Source: Amphiscolops sp. MND2022
Lineage: Eukaryota
Assembly (NCBI GenBank): GCA_964187785.1
Contig: OZ076416.1
Coordinates: 16,554,001-16,618,000 of the forward strand
DNA length: 64,000 nt
Direction of reading: 5' to 3'
Part shown: in pieces, positions 24,401-36,877 of the stretch
Layout of the letters: every line of letters begins with the position of its first letter
How positions within the stretch are numbered: the stretch's first letter is position 1
Notes under the pieces: generated by a model
Told to the model about the DNA's origin: nothing
What the model saw: the letters and a program-made list of their open reading frames with translations, nothing else
Database searches by the model: none
Position numbers and translations under genes: made by a program

Positions 24401-27400
24401 CATGTATCGTGATTACGGAGTTTCTCAAATCATGTATTGTGATTATGGAGTCTCTCAAATCAAGTATCGTGATTAAGGAGTTTCTCAAATCATGTATCGT
24501 GATTATGAAGTTTTTCAAATCATGTATCGTGATTATGGAGTTTCCCAAATCATGTATCGTGATTACGGAGTTTCTCAAATCATGTATTGTGATTATGGAG
24601 TTTCTCAAATCATGTATCGTGATAATGAATTTTCTCAAATCATGTATCGTGATTACGGAGTTTCTCAAATCATGTATTGTGATTATGGAGTCTCTCAAAT
24701 CATGTATCGTGATTAAGGAGTTTCTCAAATCATGTATCGTGATTATGAAGTTTCTCAAATCATGTATCGTGATTATGAAGTTTCCCAAATCATGTATCGT
24801 GATTACGGAGTTTCTCAAATCATGTATTGTGATTATGGAGTTTCTCAAATCATGTATCGTGGTTATGGATTTTCTCAAATCATGTAACGTGATTATGGAG
24901 TTTCTCAAATCATGTAACGTGAGTATGAAGTTTCCCAAATCATGTATCGTGATTATGGAGTTTCTCAAGTCATGTATTGTGATTATGAAGTTTCTCAAAT
25001 CATGTATCGTGATTACGGAGTTTCTCAAATCATGTTTTGTGATAATGGAGTTTCGAGTTTCTCAAATCATGCATCGTGATTATGGAGTTTCTCAAATCAT
25101 GTAACGTGATTATGAAGTTTCTCTAATCATGTATCGTGATTATGAAGTTTCTCAAATCATGTGTCGTGATTAGGGAGTTTCGAGTTTCTCAAATCATGCA
25201 TCGTGATTATGGAGTTTCTCAAATCATGTATCGTAATTATGAAGTTTCTCAAACCTAGTATTGTGATTATGGAGTTTCTCAAATCATGTATCGTGATTAT
25301 TGAGTTTCTCAAATCATGTATCGTGATTATGAAGTTTCTCAAATCATGTATCGTGATTACGGAGTTTCTCAAATCATGTTTTGTGATTATGGAGTCTCTC
25401 GAATCATGTATCGTGATTAGGGAGTTTCTCAAATCATGTATCGTGATTATGAAGTTTCTCAAATCATTTATCGTGATTATGGAGTTTCCCAAATCATGTA
25501 TCGTGATTACGGAGTTTCTCAAATCATGTATTGTGATTATGGAGTTTCTCAAATCATGTATCGTGATTATGAAGTTTCTCAAATCATGTATCGTGAATAC
25601 GGAGTTTCTCAAATCATGTATTGTGATTATGGAGTCTCTCAAATCATGTATCGTGATTAAGGAGTTTCTCAAATCATGTATCGTGATTATGAAGTTTCTC
25701 AAATCATGTATCGTGATTATGAAGTTTCCCAAATCATGTATCGTGATTACGGAGTTTCTCAAATCATGTATTGTGATTATGGAGTTTCTCAAATCATATA
25801 TCGTGGTTATGGAATTTCTCAAATCATATAACGTGATTATGGAGTTTCTCAAATCGTGTAACGTGAATATGAAGTTTCTCAAATCATGTATCGTGATTAT
25901 GGAGTTTCTCAAATCATGTATCGTGATTATGAAGTTTCTCAAATCATGTATCGTGATTACGGAGTTTCTCTAATCATGTATTGTGATAATGGAGTTTCGA
26001 GTTTCTCAAATCATGCATCGTGATTATGGAGTTTCTCAAATCATGTAACGTGATTATGAAGTTTCTCTAATCATGTATCGTGATTATGAAGTTTCTCAAA
26101 TCATGTGTCGTGATTATGGAGTTTCCCAAATCATGTATCGTGATTACGGAGTTTCTCAAATCATGTATTGTGATTATGGAGTTTCTCAAATCATGTATCG
26201 TGATTATGAAGTTTCTCAAATCATGTCTCGTGATTATGAAGTTTCCCAAATCATGTATCGTGATTACGGAGTTTCTCAAATCATGTATTGTGATTATGGA
26301 GTTTCTCAAATCATGTATCGTGGTTATGGATTTTCTCAAATCATGTAACGTGATTATGGAGTTTCTCAAATCATGTAACGTGAATATGAAGTTTCTCAAA
26401 TCATGTATCGTGATTATGGAGTTTCTCAAATCATGTATCGTGATTATGAAGTTTCTCAAATCATGTATCGTGATTACGGAGTTTCTCAAATCATGTATTG
26501 TGATTATGGAGTCTCTCAAATCATGTATCGTGATAAAGGAGTTTCTCAAATCATGTATCGTGATTATGAAGTTTCTCAAATCATGTATCGTGATTATGAA
26601 GTTTCCCAAATCATGTATCGTGATTACGGAGTTTCTCAAATTATGTATTGTGATTATGGAGTTTCTCAAATCATGTATCGTGGTTATGGATTTTCTCAAA
26701 TCATGTATCGTGATATTGGAGTTTCGAGTTTCTCAAATCATGCATCGTGATTATGGAGTATCTCAAATCATGTAACGTGATAATGAAGTTTCTCAAATCA
26801 TGTATCGTGATTATGGAGTTTCTCAAATCTTGTATCGTGATTATGAAATTTCTCAAACCATGTGTCGTGAGTACGGAGTTTCTCAAATCATGTATTGTGA
26901 TTATGGAGTTTCTCAAATCATGTATCGTGATTATGGAGTTTGTCGAATCATGTATCGTGATTATGCAATTTCTAAAATCATGTATCGTGATTATGAAGTT
27001 TTTCAAATCATGTATCGTGTTTATGGAGTTTCTCAAATCATGTATCGTGATTATGGAGTTTCTCAAATCATTTATAGTGATAATGGAGTTTCGAGTATCT
27101 CAAATCATGCATCGTGATTATGGAGTTTCTCAAATCATGTAACGTGATTATGAAGTTTCTCAAATCATGTATCGTGATTGTGGAGTTTCTCAAATCATGT
27201 ATCGTGATTATGAAGTTTCTCAAATCATGTATCGTGATTACGGAGTTTCTCAAATCATGTACTGTGATTATGGAGTCTCTCAAATCATGTATCGTGGTTA
27301 TGAAGTTTCGCAAATCATGTATCGCGTTTATGGAGTTTCTCAAATCATGTATCGTGATTATGGAGTTTCTCAAATCATGAATCGTGATTATGGAGTTTCT

Positions 27401-30400
27401 CACATCATGTATCGTGATTATGGAGTTTCTCAAATCATGTATCGTGATTATGAAGTTTCTCAAATCATGTATCGTGTTTATGGAGTTTCTCAAATAATGT
27501 ATCGTGATTATGGAGTTTCTCAAATCATATATAGTGATTATGAAGTTTTTCGAATCATGTATCGTGATTATGGAGTTTCTCAAATCATGTATCGTGATTA
27601 TGGAGTTTCTCAAATCATGCATCGTGATTATGGAGTTTCTCAAATCACCTAACGTGGTTATGAAGTTTCTCAAATCATGTATCGTGATTACGGAGTTTCT
27701 CAAATTATGTATTGTGATTATGGAGTTTCTCAAATCATGTATCGTGGTTATGGATTTTCTCAAATCATGTATCGTGATATTGGAGTTTCGAGTTTCTCAA
27801 ATCATGCATCGTGATTATGGAGTATCTCAAATCATGTAACGTGATAATGAAGTTTCTCAAATCATGTATCGTGATTATGGAGTTTCTCAAATCTTGTATC
27901 GTGATTATGAAATTTCTCAAACCATGTGTCGTGAGTACGGAGTTTCTCAAATCATGTATTGTGATTATGGAGTTTCTCAAATCATGTATCGTGATTATGG
28001 AGTTTGTCGAATCATGTATCGTGATTATGCAATTTCTAAAATCATGTATCGTGATTATGAAGTTTTTCAAATCATGTATCGTGTTTATGGAGTTTCTCAA
28101 ATCATGTATCGTGATTATGGAGTTTCTCAAATCATTTATAGTGATAATGGAGTTTCGAGTATCTCAAATCATGCATCGTGATTATGGAGTTTCTCAAATC
28201 ATGTAACGTGATTATGAAGTTTCTCAAATCATGTATCGTGATTGTGGAGTTTCTCAAATCATGTATCGTGATTATGAAGTTTCTCAAATCATGTATCGTG
28301 ATTACGGAGTTTCTCAAATCATGTACTGTGATTATGGAGTCTCTCAAATCATGTATCGTGGTTATGAAGTTTCGCAAATCATGTATCGCGTTTATGGAGT
28401 TTCTCAAATCATGTATCGTGATTATGGAGTTTCTCAAATCATGAATCGTGATTATGGAGTTTCTCACATCATGTATCGTGATTATGGAGTTTCTCAAATC
28501 ATGTATCGTGATTATGAAGTTTCTCAAATCATGTATCGTGTTTATGGAGTTTCTCAAATAATGTATCGTGATTATGGAGTTTCTCAAATCATATATAGTG
28601 ATTATGAAGTTTTTCGAATCATGTATCGTGATTATGGAGTTTCTCAAATCATGTATCGTGATTATGGAGTTTCTCAAATCATGCATCGTGATTATGGAGT
28701 TTCTCAAATCACCTAACGTGGTTATGAAGTTTCTCAAATCATGTATCGTGATTATGGAGTTTCTCAAGTCTTGTATCGTGATTATGAAGTTTGTCAAATC
28801 GTGTATCGTGATTTTGAAGTTTCTCAAATCATGTATTGTGATTATGAAGTTTTTCGAATCATGTATCGTGATTATGGAGTTTCTCAAATCATGTATCGTG
28901 ATTATAGAGTTTCTCAAATCATGTATCGTGATAATGGAGTTTCGAGTTTCTCAAATCATGCATCGTGATTATGGAGTTTCTCAAATCATGTATCGTGATT
29001 ATGGAGTTTCTCAAATCATATATCGTGATTATGGAAGTTTTCAAATCTTTTATCGTGATTATGGAATTTCTGAAATCATGTATCGTGATGATGGAGCTTC
29101 TCAAATCATGTATCGTGATTATGGAGTTTCTCAAATCATGTATCGTGATTATGGAGTTTCTCAAATCATGTATCATGATTATGAAGTTTCTCAAATCATG
29201 TATCGTGATTTTGGAGTTTCTCAAATCATGTATCGTGATTATGGAGTTTCTCAAATCATGTATCGTGATTATGGAAGTTTTCAAATCTTGTATCGTGATT
29301 ATGCAGTTTCTGAAATCATGTATCGTGATTATGAGCTTCTCAAATCATGTATCGTGATTATGGAGTTTCTCAAATCATGTATCATGATTATGGAGTTCTC
29401 AAATCATGTATCGTAATTATGGAGTTTCTCAAATCATGAATCGTGTTTATGGAGTTTCTCAAATCATGTATCGTGATTATGGAGTTTCTCAAATCATGTA
29501 TCGTGAGTATGAAGTTTCTCAAATCATGCATCGTGATTATGGAGTTTCTCAAATCATGTAACGTGATTATGAAGTTTCTCAAATCATGTATCGTGATTAT
29601 GGAGTTTCTCAAATCATGTATCGTGATTATGAAGTTTCTCAAATCATGTATCGTGATTTTGAAGTTTCTCAAATCGTGTATCGTGATCATGGAGTTTCTC
29701 AAATCATGTATCGTGATTATGGAAGTTTTCAAATCTTGTATCGTGATTATGGAATTTCTGAAATCATGTATCGTGATTATGAAGTTTCTCAAATCATGTA
29801 TCGTGATTTTGGAGTTTCTCAAATCATGTATCGTGATTATGGAGTTTCTCAAATCATGTATCGTGATTATGGAAGTTTTCAAATCTTGTATCGTGATTAT
29901 GGAGTTTCTGAAATCATGTATCGTGATTATGAGCTTCTCAAATCATGTATCATGATTATGGAGTTCTCAAATCATGTATCGTGATTATGGAGTTTCTCAA
30001 ATCATGTATCATGATTATGGAGTTCTCAAATCATGTATCGTGATTATGGAGTTTCTCAAATCATGTATCGTGAGTATGAAGTTTCTCAAATCATGCATCG
30101 TGATTATGGAGTTTCTCAAATCATGTAACGTGATTATGAAGTTTCTCAAATCATGTATCGTGATTATGGAGTTTCTCAAATCATGTATCGTGATTATGAA
30201 GTTTCTCAAATCATGTATCGTAATTTTGAAGTTTCTCAAATCGTGTATCGTGAATACGGAGTTTGTCAAATCATGTATTGTGATTATGGAGTTTCTCAAA
30301 ACATGTATCGTGATTTTGGAGTTTCTCAAATCATGTATCGTGATCATGGAGTTTCTCAAATCATGTATCGTGACTATGGAAATTTTCAAATCTTGTATCG

Positions 30401-32614
30401 CGATTATGGAATATCTGAAATCATGTATCGTGATTATGGAGCTTCTCAAATCATGTATCGTGATTTTGGAGTTTCTCAAATCATGTATCGTGATTATGGA
30501 GTTTCTCAAATCATGTATCGTGATTATGGAAGTTTTCAAATCTTGTATCGTGATTATGGAGTTTCTGAAATCATGTATCGTGATTATGAGCTTCTCAAAT
30601 CATGTATCGTGATTATGGAGTTTCTCAAATCATGTATCATGATTATGGAGTTCTCAAATCATGTATCGTGATTGTGGAGTTTCTCAAATCATGTATCGTG
30701 TTCATAGAGTTTCTCAAATCATGTATCGTGATTATGGAGTTTCTCAAATCATGTATCGTGAGTATGAAGTTTCTCAAATCATGCATCGTGATTATGGAGT
30801 TTCTCAAATCGTGTAACGTGATTATGAAGTTTCTCAAATCATGTATCGTGATTATGGAGTTTCTCAAATCATGTATCGTGATTATGAAGTTTCTCAAATC
30901 ATGTATCGTGATTTTGAAGTTTCTCAAATCGTGTATCGTGAATACGGAGTTTGTCAAATCATGTATTGTGATTATGGAGTTTCTCAAAACATGTATCGTG
31001 ATTTTGGAGTTTCTCAAATCATGTATTTGTATCATGGAGTTTCTCAAATCATGTATCGTGATTATGGAAGTTTTCAAATCTTGTATCGTGTTTTTGTAGT
31101 TTCTGAAATCATGTATCGTGAATATGGAGCTTCTTAAATCCTGTATCGTGATTATGGAGTTTCTCAAATAATGTATCGTGATTATTGAGCTTCTCAAATC
31201 CTGTATCGTGATTATGGATTTTCTCAAATCATGTATCGTGATTATGGAGTTTCTCAAATCATGTATCATGATTATGAAGTTTCTCAAATCATGTATCGTG
31301 ATTTTGGAGTTTCTCAAATCATGTATCGTGATTATGGAGTTTCTCAAATCATGTATCGTGATTATGGAAGTTTTCAAATATTGTATCGTGATTATGGAGT
31401 TTCTGAAATCATGTATCGTGATTATGAGCTTCTCAAATCATGAATCGTGATTATGGAGTTTCTCAAATCATGTATCATGATTATGGAGTTCTCAAATCAT
31501 GTATCGTGATTATGGAGTTTCTCAAATCATGTATCGTGTTCATAGAGTTTCTCAAATCATGTATCGTGATTATGGAGTTTCTCAAATCATGTATCGTGAG
31601 TATGAAGTTTCTCAAATCATGCATCGTGATTATGGAGTTTCTCAAATCATGTAACGTGATTATGAAGTTTCTCAAATCATGTATCGTGATTATGGAGTTT
31701 CTCAAATCATGTATCGTGATTATGAAGTTTCTCAAATCATGTATCGTGATTTTGAAGTTTCTCAAATCGTGTATCGTGAATACGGAGTTTTTCAAATCAT
31801 GTATTGTGATTATGGAGTTTCTCAAAACATGTATCGTGATTTTGGAGTTTCTCAAATCATGTATTGGTATCATGGAGTTTCTCAAATCATGTATCGTGAT
31901 TATGGAAGTTTTCAAATCTTGTATCGTGTTTTTGTAGTTTCTGAAATCATGTATCGTGATTATGGAGCTTCTCAAATCCTGTATCGTGATTATGGAGTTT
32001 CTCAAATCATGTATCGTGATTATGGAGCTTCTCAAAACCTGTGTCGTGATTATGGATTTTCTCAAATCATGTATCATGATTATGGAGTTTCTCATATCAT
32101 GTGTCGTCTTTATGGAGTTTCTCAAATCATGTGTCGTGATTATGGAGTTTCTCAAATCATGTATCGTGATTATGGAGTTTCTCAAATCATGTATCGTGAT
32201 TATGGAATTTCTCAAGTCATGTATCGTGATGATGGAGTTTCTCAAATCATGTATCGTCATAATGGAGTTTCTCAATTCTTGTATCGTGATTATGGAGTTT
32301 CTCAAATCATGTATCGTGATTATGGAGTTTCTCAAATCATGTGTCGTGATTTTGGAGGTTCTCAAATTATGTATCGTGGTAATGGAGTTTCTCAAATCAT
32401 GTATCGTGATTAGGGAGTTTCGAGTTTCTCAAATCATGCATCGTGATTATGGAGTTTCTCAAATCATGTATCGTAATTATGAAGTTTCTCAAACCTAGTA
32501 TTGTGATTATGGAGTTTCTCAAATCATGTATCGTGATTATGGAGTTTCTCAAATCATGTATCGAGATTATGGAGTTTCTCAAATCATTTATCGTGATTAT
32601 GGAGTTTCTCAAAT
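21431..32614. repeat. Satellite DNA array, 30-bp monomer GATTATGGAGTTTCTCAAATCATGTATCGT, about 370 copies with higher-order structure
   Basis: Continuous tandem array of about 11.2 kb; 37-bp (+GAGTTTC) and 29-bp variant monomers punctuate it. Confidence 0.98.
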
Positions 32615-32738
32615 GATCATGAAGAGTTTTGACTTATTTATTGATATAAAACATTGTGGATTTTTCAGAAAACGCTCAAACGTTAGTTGTTGTATAATGC
32701 AAATATGCAAGTTCTATTTTTATCCAATGAAGTCCGCT

Positions 32739-33575
32739 AACAAGACGCGAATATCTAAAGTCGGCGTCAAATCTAAGGCTCAAACAGCTCAAACGTTTTG
32801 AAATTGTAAAAGGGGGACCCTTTGGGTTTTTTGAAAATCCAATTTGTTGCGGGGTGTAACGTTTCAAACTTCGGATATAGCGTGCTGGCCCAAATGGGAG
32901 CGCTTTTTGAACCTCCGCCTCCTCTTCGGTAAAACGGAATATAATTCGGATATAACGTCAAAAATTCGGATATAGCGCTTTACTCAGGATATTACGTCCA
33001 AGTTTTGGATAGTTTTGGAAAAACTTATTGGTAGATATATATTGAGAAAACCTAATTTCAGACGAAAAATGACAATTTTGATCAGTCTCATAGTGCCGAA
33101 AAATCTAAAAGAAGGGACCCTTCGGGATTGTTTAATATCTATTATGTTACAAAATATTTAAAATATTGAAGGGGGTCCCTTTCATGACATTCAAAAAAAA
33201 TTCGAGAAAAAAAAACGAAAAATCGAAGAATAAGAATTTTGAGCCTGTCTCATAGTGCCAAAAACTTGAAAGGGGAGATCCTTTGGGCTCTTTGAAACTT
33301 CAATTTGCTGTAAAATATCGAAAAACTTGAAAAGGGGACCCTTTGGAGACGAAAAAATTTCGAAAAAAAGTCGCACAGTGCCGAAAAAAACTCAAAGGGG
33401 AGACCCTATTGTCTCGTCTTGTTTTGTATCTTACAATAAAAATGGAGTAACTGAAAAGGAGGACCCTTTGCACTATCCTAAATGCACTCCCCGTTTGCCG
33501 GTCCAGTAGTTTAGTACTTTTTTTAGTAGTTGAACGTTAATTTTAACGTTCGTCGCTTCGAGTCTGTCCTAAAAA
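32739..33575 (-). mobile_element. HINE-like element, copy 4 (5' end cut at the LTR element; internal insertion of CGGATATA repeats at about 32870-33000)
   Basis: AACAAGACG...TAAAGTCGGCGTC is the reverse of the 3' hairpin and sub-IR. Body is collinear with copy 1 up to GAGTCTGTC. Confidence 0.75.
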
Positions 33576-33584
33576 CTTTATGAA

Positions 33585-35047
33585 TGTCGCAGGCTGCCGC
33601 CTGTGACGGCACATACTACCAGGTCACTCCAACTAATGACCAAAGCAACCCCGGACCAGGAGTCTTATCTATATAAAACACTCTCAAACTTTTAGAGCCT
33701 CAAAACAGTCAACTGACATTTACTTGCATTGATAAACTGATACAATTTTAATTGCAAGCAATATCTAATGTTTTACTAATTTGACCTGTAGTCATGTAGA
33801 CCGTATGAAATGTTCATTGTATTTATTTGACGTCCTTCATGGTGTAAAAGGAAACACATTCTGCTAAGAAAGCGTTGCAGTCTAATTGACGTGTTGTCCA
33901 CCATGATCACCTACGGCGCTAATAATGATTTTAGTACACTCATGCAGTCATTGTGACGCATAGTCGTATTTTAACTTTATGTAACTAGCAGTGCTAATTA
34001 AGCTATTTGGTGCCGTCACGTCAATTTGACGTTAGGTCAACATGTTCTTTCATGCTGTTTGATATCTATTTGATATGGATATTTTGACGCGATGTAGCAT
34101 CGCGTACATGAATTCACTAGTGATAGTTCGTAAACCACTTAAACTACTTCAATTCTATTTTTAGTGCATTACGTAATGTGACGCAATGTATGATTTGTAG
34201 CTATTTATAGCGAATTTGATGTCATGTATAAATTTAGGTCCTTGACATTCCAAATAATGAGTGTCATGGTCCGAATACTATATATGCTCGGATGCATTTG
34301 TGGATGTAATCATTGTTGATATTGCGAACGCTATTAAAACTGACAATTTCATACACTTTACCATTAGTCAATTCATTGTTGAAAATAAAGCGAACTTTCT
34401 TCACTATGCCTTCAACTAGAAAGCAGAAAGCTAAAGAAAAGAGAGCAAGGCAATCAGACGTAAGGTCAGATATTGAAAACCTTGAGGTTATGCTTGGAAG
34501 CTATTCTAGAGATGCTCTAGTAGAGCAAGGTAATGTTAGTGATGTAGAAAAGGACTTTGAGTCTAGTAGACACCAGCAAAATACTGATCTAATTGAAGGG
34601 AACCTCAGGTCACTTTTAAATGCTAATGAAAGCGAGAACAGTGAAATTACTGCAGAAACTATGAGGGTGAATAATTCAGAATTTTCCTCCCAAATGTCTA
34701 GAGAAAAAGATGAAATTAGATCTGACCTAAATTTGCAAATATTGGATGCTATTAACTCAGCAATCCAAGAAAAGGTGCTTCCTTCCATTGAAAATGCGCT
34801 AAAACCAGTTAAAACAGCTTCAAATGCTAAATGGGACCTTCGGTCAGATGGACCGCAGTCGAGCAGGGTGAATCAGCCATACGTGCAATATGACCTGAAG
34901 TCAGGCGGACTGCACAAAAGCAAGAAAGCTCAAATGAGCAAATACATTGACCTTAGGTCAGATGGACTGCATCTGGACAGATTCGGCCAGGATGCTCAGG
35001 AATGTGACCCTCGGTCAGATAGACCGCACCAAAGCGAAAATACGCAA
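33585..35047 (+). repeat. 5' LTR, missing its last 115 bp
   Basis: Matches 39603-41060, then diverges abruptly after AATACGCAA. Confidence 0.88.
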
Positions 35048-35353
35048 AATTGCGACTTAACAAACACTTCTGATGATCCTCCAGTTGATTCTGGGCACCA
35101 GGACGCCATAATTACAGATTTGGACCTTCAGTCCACCCGACGTGACCAAAATACTGACGACGCTGCTACCTTCGGTCCGCTCGACTGCAGCAAGATACTA
35201 ATTCAGATGAGTCTGAGCAAATGCCTGAGCAGCCGGATGAAAATATTGCTGACACGGACCTTAGGTCAACTCGACCGCAATCAAGTACTGATTCCGAAAT
35301 CGATGAAAATACCTCTAAAAGCCCCTCAGAAGCGGGAAATTCTGATTTTTTGA
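34406..35353 (+). CDS. ORF1 (MPSTRKQKAKEKRARQ...), chimeric across the deletion junction at 35047
   Basis: ATG at 34406 lies inside the LTR; basic N-terminus, coiled-coil segment, 19-aa DLRSDG repeats. Confidence 0.6.
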   Translation: MPSTRKQKAKEKRARQSDVRSDIENLEVMLGSYSRDALVEQGNVSDVEKDFESSRHQQNTDLIEGNLRSLLNANESENSEITAETMRVNNSEFSSQMSREKDEIRSDLNLQILDAINSAIQEKVLPSIENALKPVKTASNAKWDLRSDGPQSSRVNQPYVQYDLKSGGLHKSKKAQMSKYIDLRSDGLHLDRFGQDAQECDPRSDRPHQSENTQNCDLTNTSDDPPVDSGHQDAIITDLDLQSTRRDQNTDDAATFGPLDCSKILIQMSLSKCLSSRMKILLTRTLGQLDRNQVLIPKSMKIPLKAPQKREILIF

Positions 35354-35495
35354 ATTCTAGAGGGAAGGATATAATCGTGCCCGATTTATCAGACAATGAA
35401 GGTGATGAAATGGTTGTAGAAAATGAAAGTCCCAGGGGATGAAAATATAATCTACGTCCTAACCCTACCCTAAACTTTACTGATGAATACAGATA
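35221..35495 (+). pseudogene. Probable C-terminal tail of the deleted pol polyprotein
   Basis: Acidic low-complexity segment ending ...NESPRG*KYNLRPNPTLNFTDEYR*. A YNLR-type tail resembles gypsy integrase C-termini (inference). Confidence 0.4.
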
Positions 35496-35698
35496 ATGGC
35501 CAGAATATGTAAATTAAAGGCCCACAGTCCCCATCAACCGAGGTTATATATTTTAACTGGGCCCAATCTGACTGAAAGTATTCATGACTGCATGGATACA
35601 ATTATGCTAAATATAATACAAACAGAAATCGGATGCAATAATAAAGAACAACTGCGACAAGAAACAACCATAACAAAAAGAAATGAGATACAGTTCAT

Positions 35699-36877
35699 TC
35701 AATTGCAATTAAAGTTTACTACTGGAAGCTCGCAAATCTTCAGCAGAACGAGACAATTCGGTATCTGACAGCAAACGCCTACTACGTTTGTTTGACCTCG
35801 GGACTCCCAGAGACTTTGGGGCACTTCGAGAACTAGATGTAGCGGAATGACCCCCTCGTTCACTGCCGTGTGGATGTTCATCAGGTTCTTCAAGAGCCTT
35901 ACACATTTGAGAGCAAAAGTAGGGTGTCCTTGTGGCAGACTAATCGGCCGGGTCTCACTGAAGTATTTTCTGATGATCTCCCTACTTCCAATAGAGAGGG
36001 CAGCTAATCCGGTAGGCTCCCTGGGCTGATCTATAACAGTGATTTCGCTGGAGTCGTCAGACTGATCAGATGTGTCTCGTCGTACAGTATGAGCCATGGT
36101 TTGTGCAAATGTCGAACGTGGGTGGACGCTAGACTCTTGGTCACTGTCGACAGCATTTGGGGCCTCACTACTAGTGTACCCGATTAACGAAGTACTCTCA
36201 AATTGTTCGCCATCACTTGATGGTGTGTGAGAAGTAGGACGCAAAAATTTGGAAAACGTCCCAAGCTGGAGATCAGGTCCATGCGGCCCGGTAGTCGCGA
36301 TGTTCACTTCTGTCGGCACCTTCTTCTGCCGTGGCAAAGTTCGTGGATCCACTAAAATTGGAGCAGATGTACTCGGGACCAGTTCAGCCTCAATACAATG
36401 GGACTCCTGGGTAGCATCCATGACTGGGGATTCGTCTTCTGTGGTCGTTTCAAACGTTGGGATCTTGTCACTAATACTAACTTTAGGGGACTTCTCGGGA
36501 CTTTCAACTGTGACCTTAAGGTCTTGCATCATGTCCAACTTTCTAGCTATGAAGGCACTGCAGCTTTCTTCTGATCCACTGCTGTTAAACAGTAGCGCAG
36601 CTGCCAAACTCGCCTCATCTTGTTTATTTGCAGTCACATAAACAGGAGTCACGTTGACGGGAGGTAGACTTGAACTTTGGACTAATACACTTTGATCCTT
36701 TTCCAATTCTGGGAAAGAATGGATTTTGGGGGAAACGCCCTGTTCGGGAGCAACAACTGATATCGGAGTCGTGTCCATTTCTTCTTCACCTGTTTGCTGG
36801 GTCGGTTGGCCGTTCGGTTCATTGTCTGAGCAAAAAGATATGAATAAGCGCGGTTCACTTCCTGCATAAAAATCCAT
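35699..36877 (-). CDS. Antisense accessory ORF (about 390 aa; S/T/P/E-rich, unknown function; probable frameshift near the C-terminus)
   Basis: Open frame of 406 codons in the ORF track, first ATG at 36877, inside the LTR element on the opposite strand. Confidence 0.6.
   Translation of the reverse strand: MDFYAGSEPRLFISFCSDNEPNGQPTQQTGEEEMDTTPISVVAPEQGVSPKIHSFPELEKDQSVLVQSSSLPPVNVTPVYVTANKQDEASLAAALLFNSSGSEESCSAFIARKLDMMQDLKVTVESPEKSPKVSISDKIPTFETTTEDESPVMDATQESHCIEAELVPSTSAPILVDPRTLPRQKKVPTEVNIATTGPHGPDLQLGTFSKFLRPTSHTPSSDGEQFESTSLIGYTSSEAPNAVDSDQESSVHPRSTFAQTMAHTVRRDTSDQSDDSSEITVIDQPREPTGLAALSIGSREIIRKYFSETRPISLPQGHPTFALKCVRLLKNLMNIHTAVNEGVIPLHLVLEVPQSLWESRGQTNVVGVCCQIPNCLVLLKICELPVVNFNCN

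Noticed and set aside
21431-32614. CRISPR array
   Set aside because: Monomers are contiguous with no unique spacers.
21418-32801. Dozens of 60-430 aa ORFs (MYRDYGVSQI, MEFLKSCIVI, LRNSIITIHD repeats) as real proteins
   Set aside because: They follow from a 30-bp monomer lacking stops in three frames. They occur on both strands and break at every 37-bp or 29-bp variant, with no sign of frame preservation.
34834-35028. CRISPR-like array (24-bp palindromic repeat plus 33-bp variable spacers, 57-bp period)
   Set aside because: Eukaryotic context, no cas genes, degenerate repeats, in frame within a retroelement ORF and duplicated with the LTR. Kept instead as the cis-motif finding.
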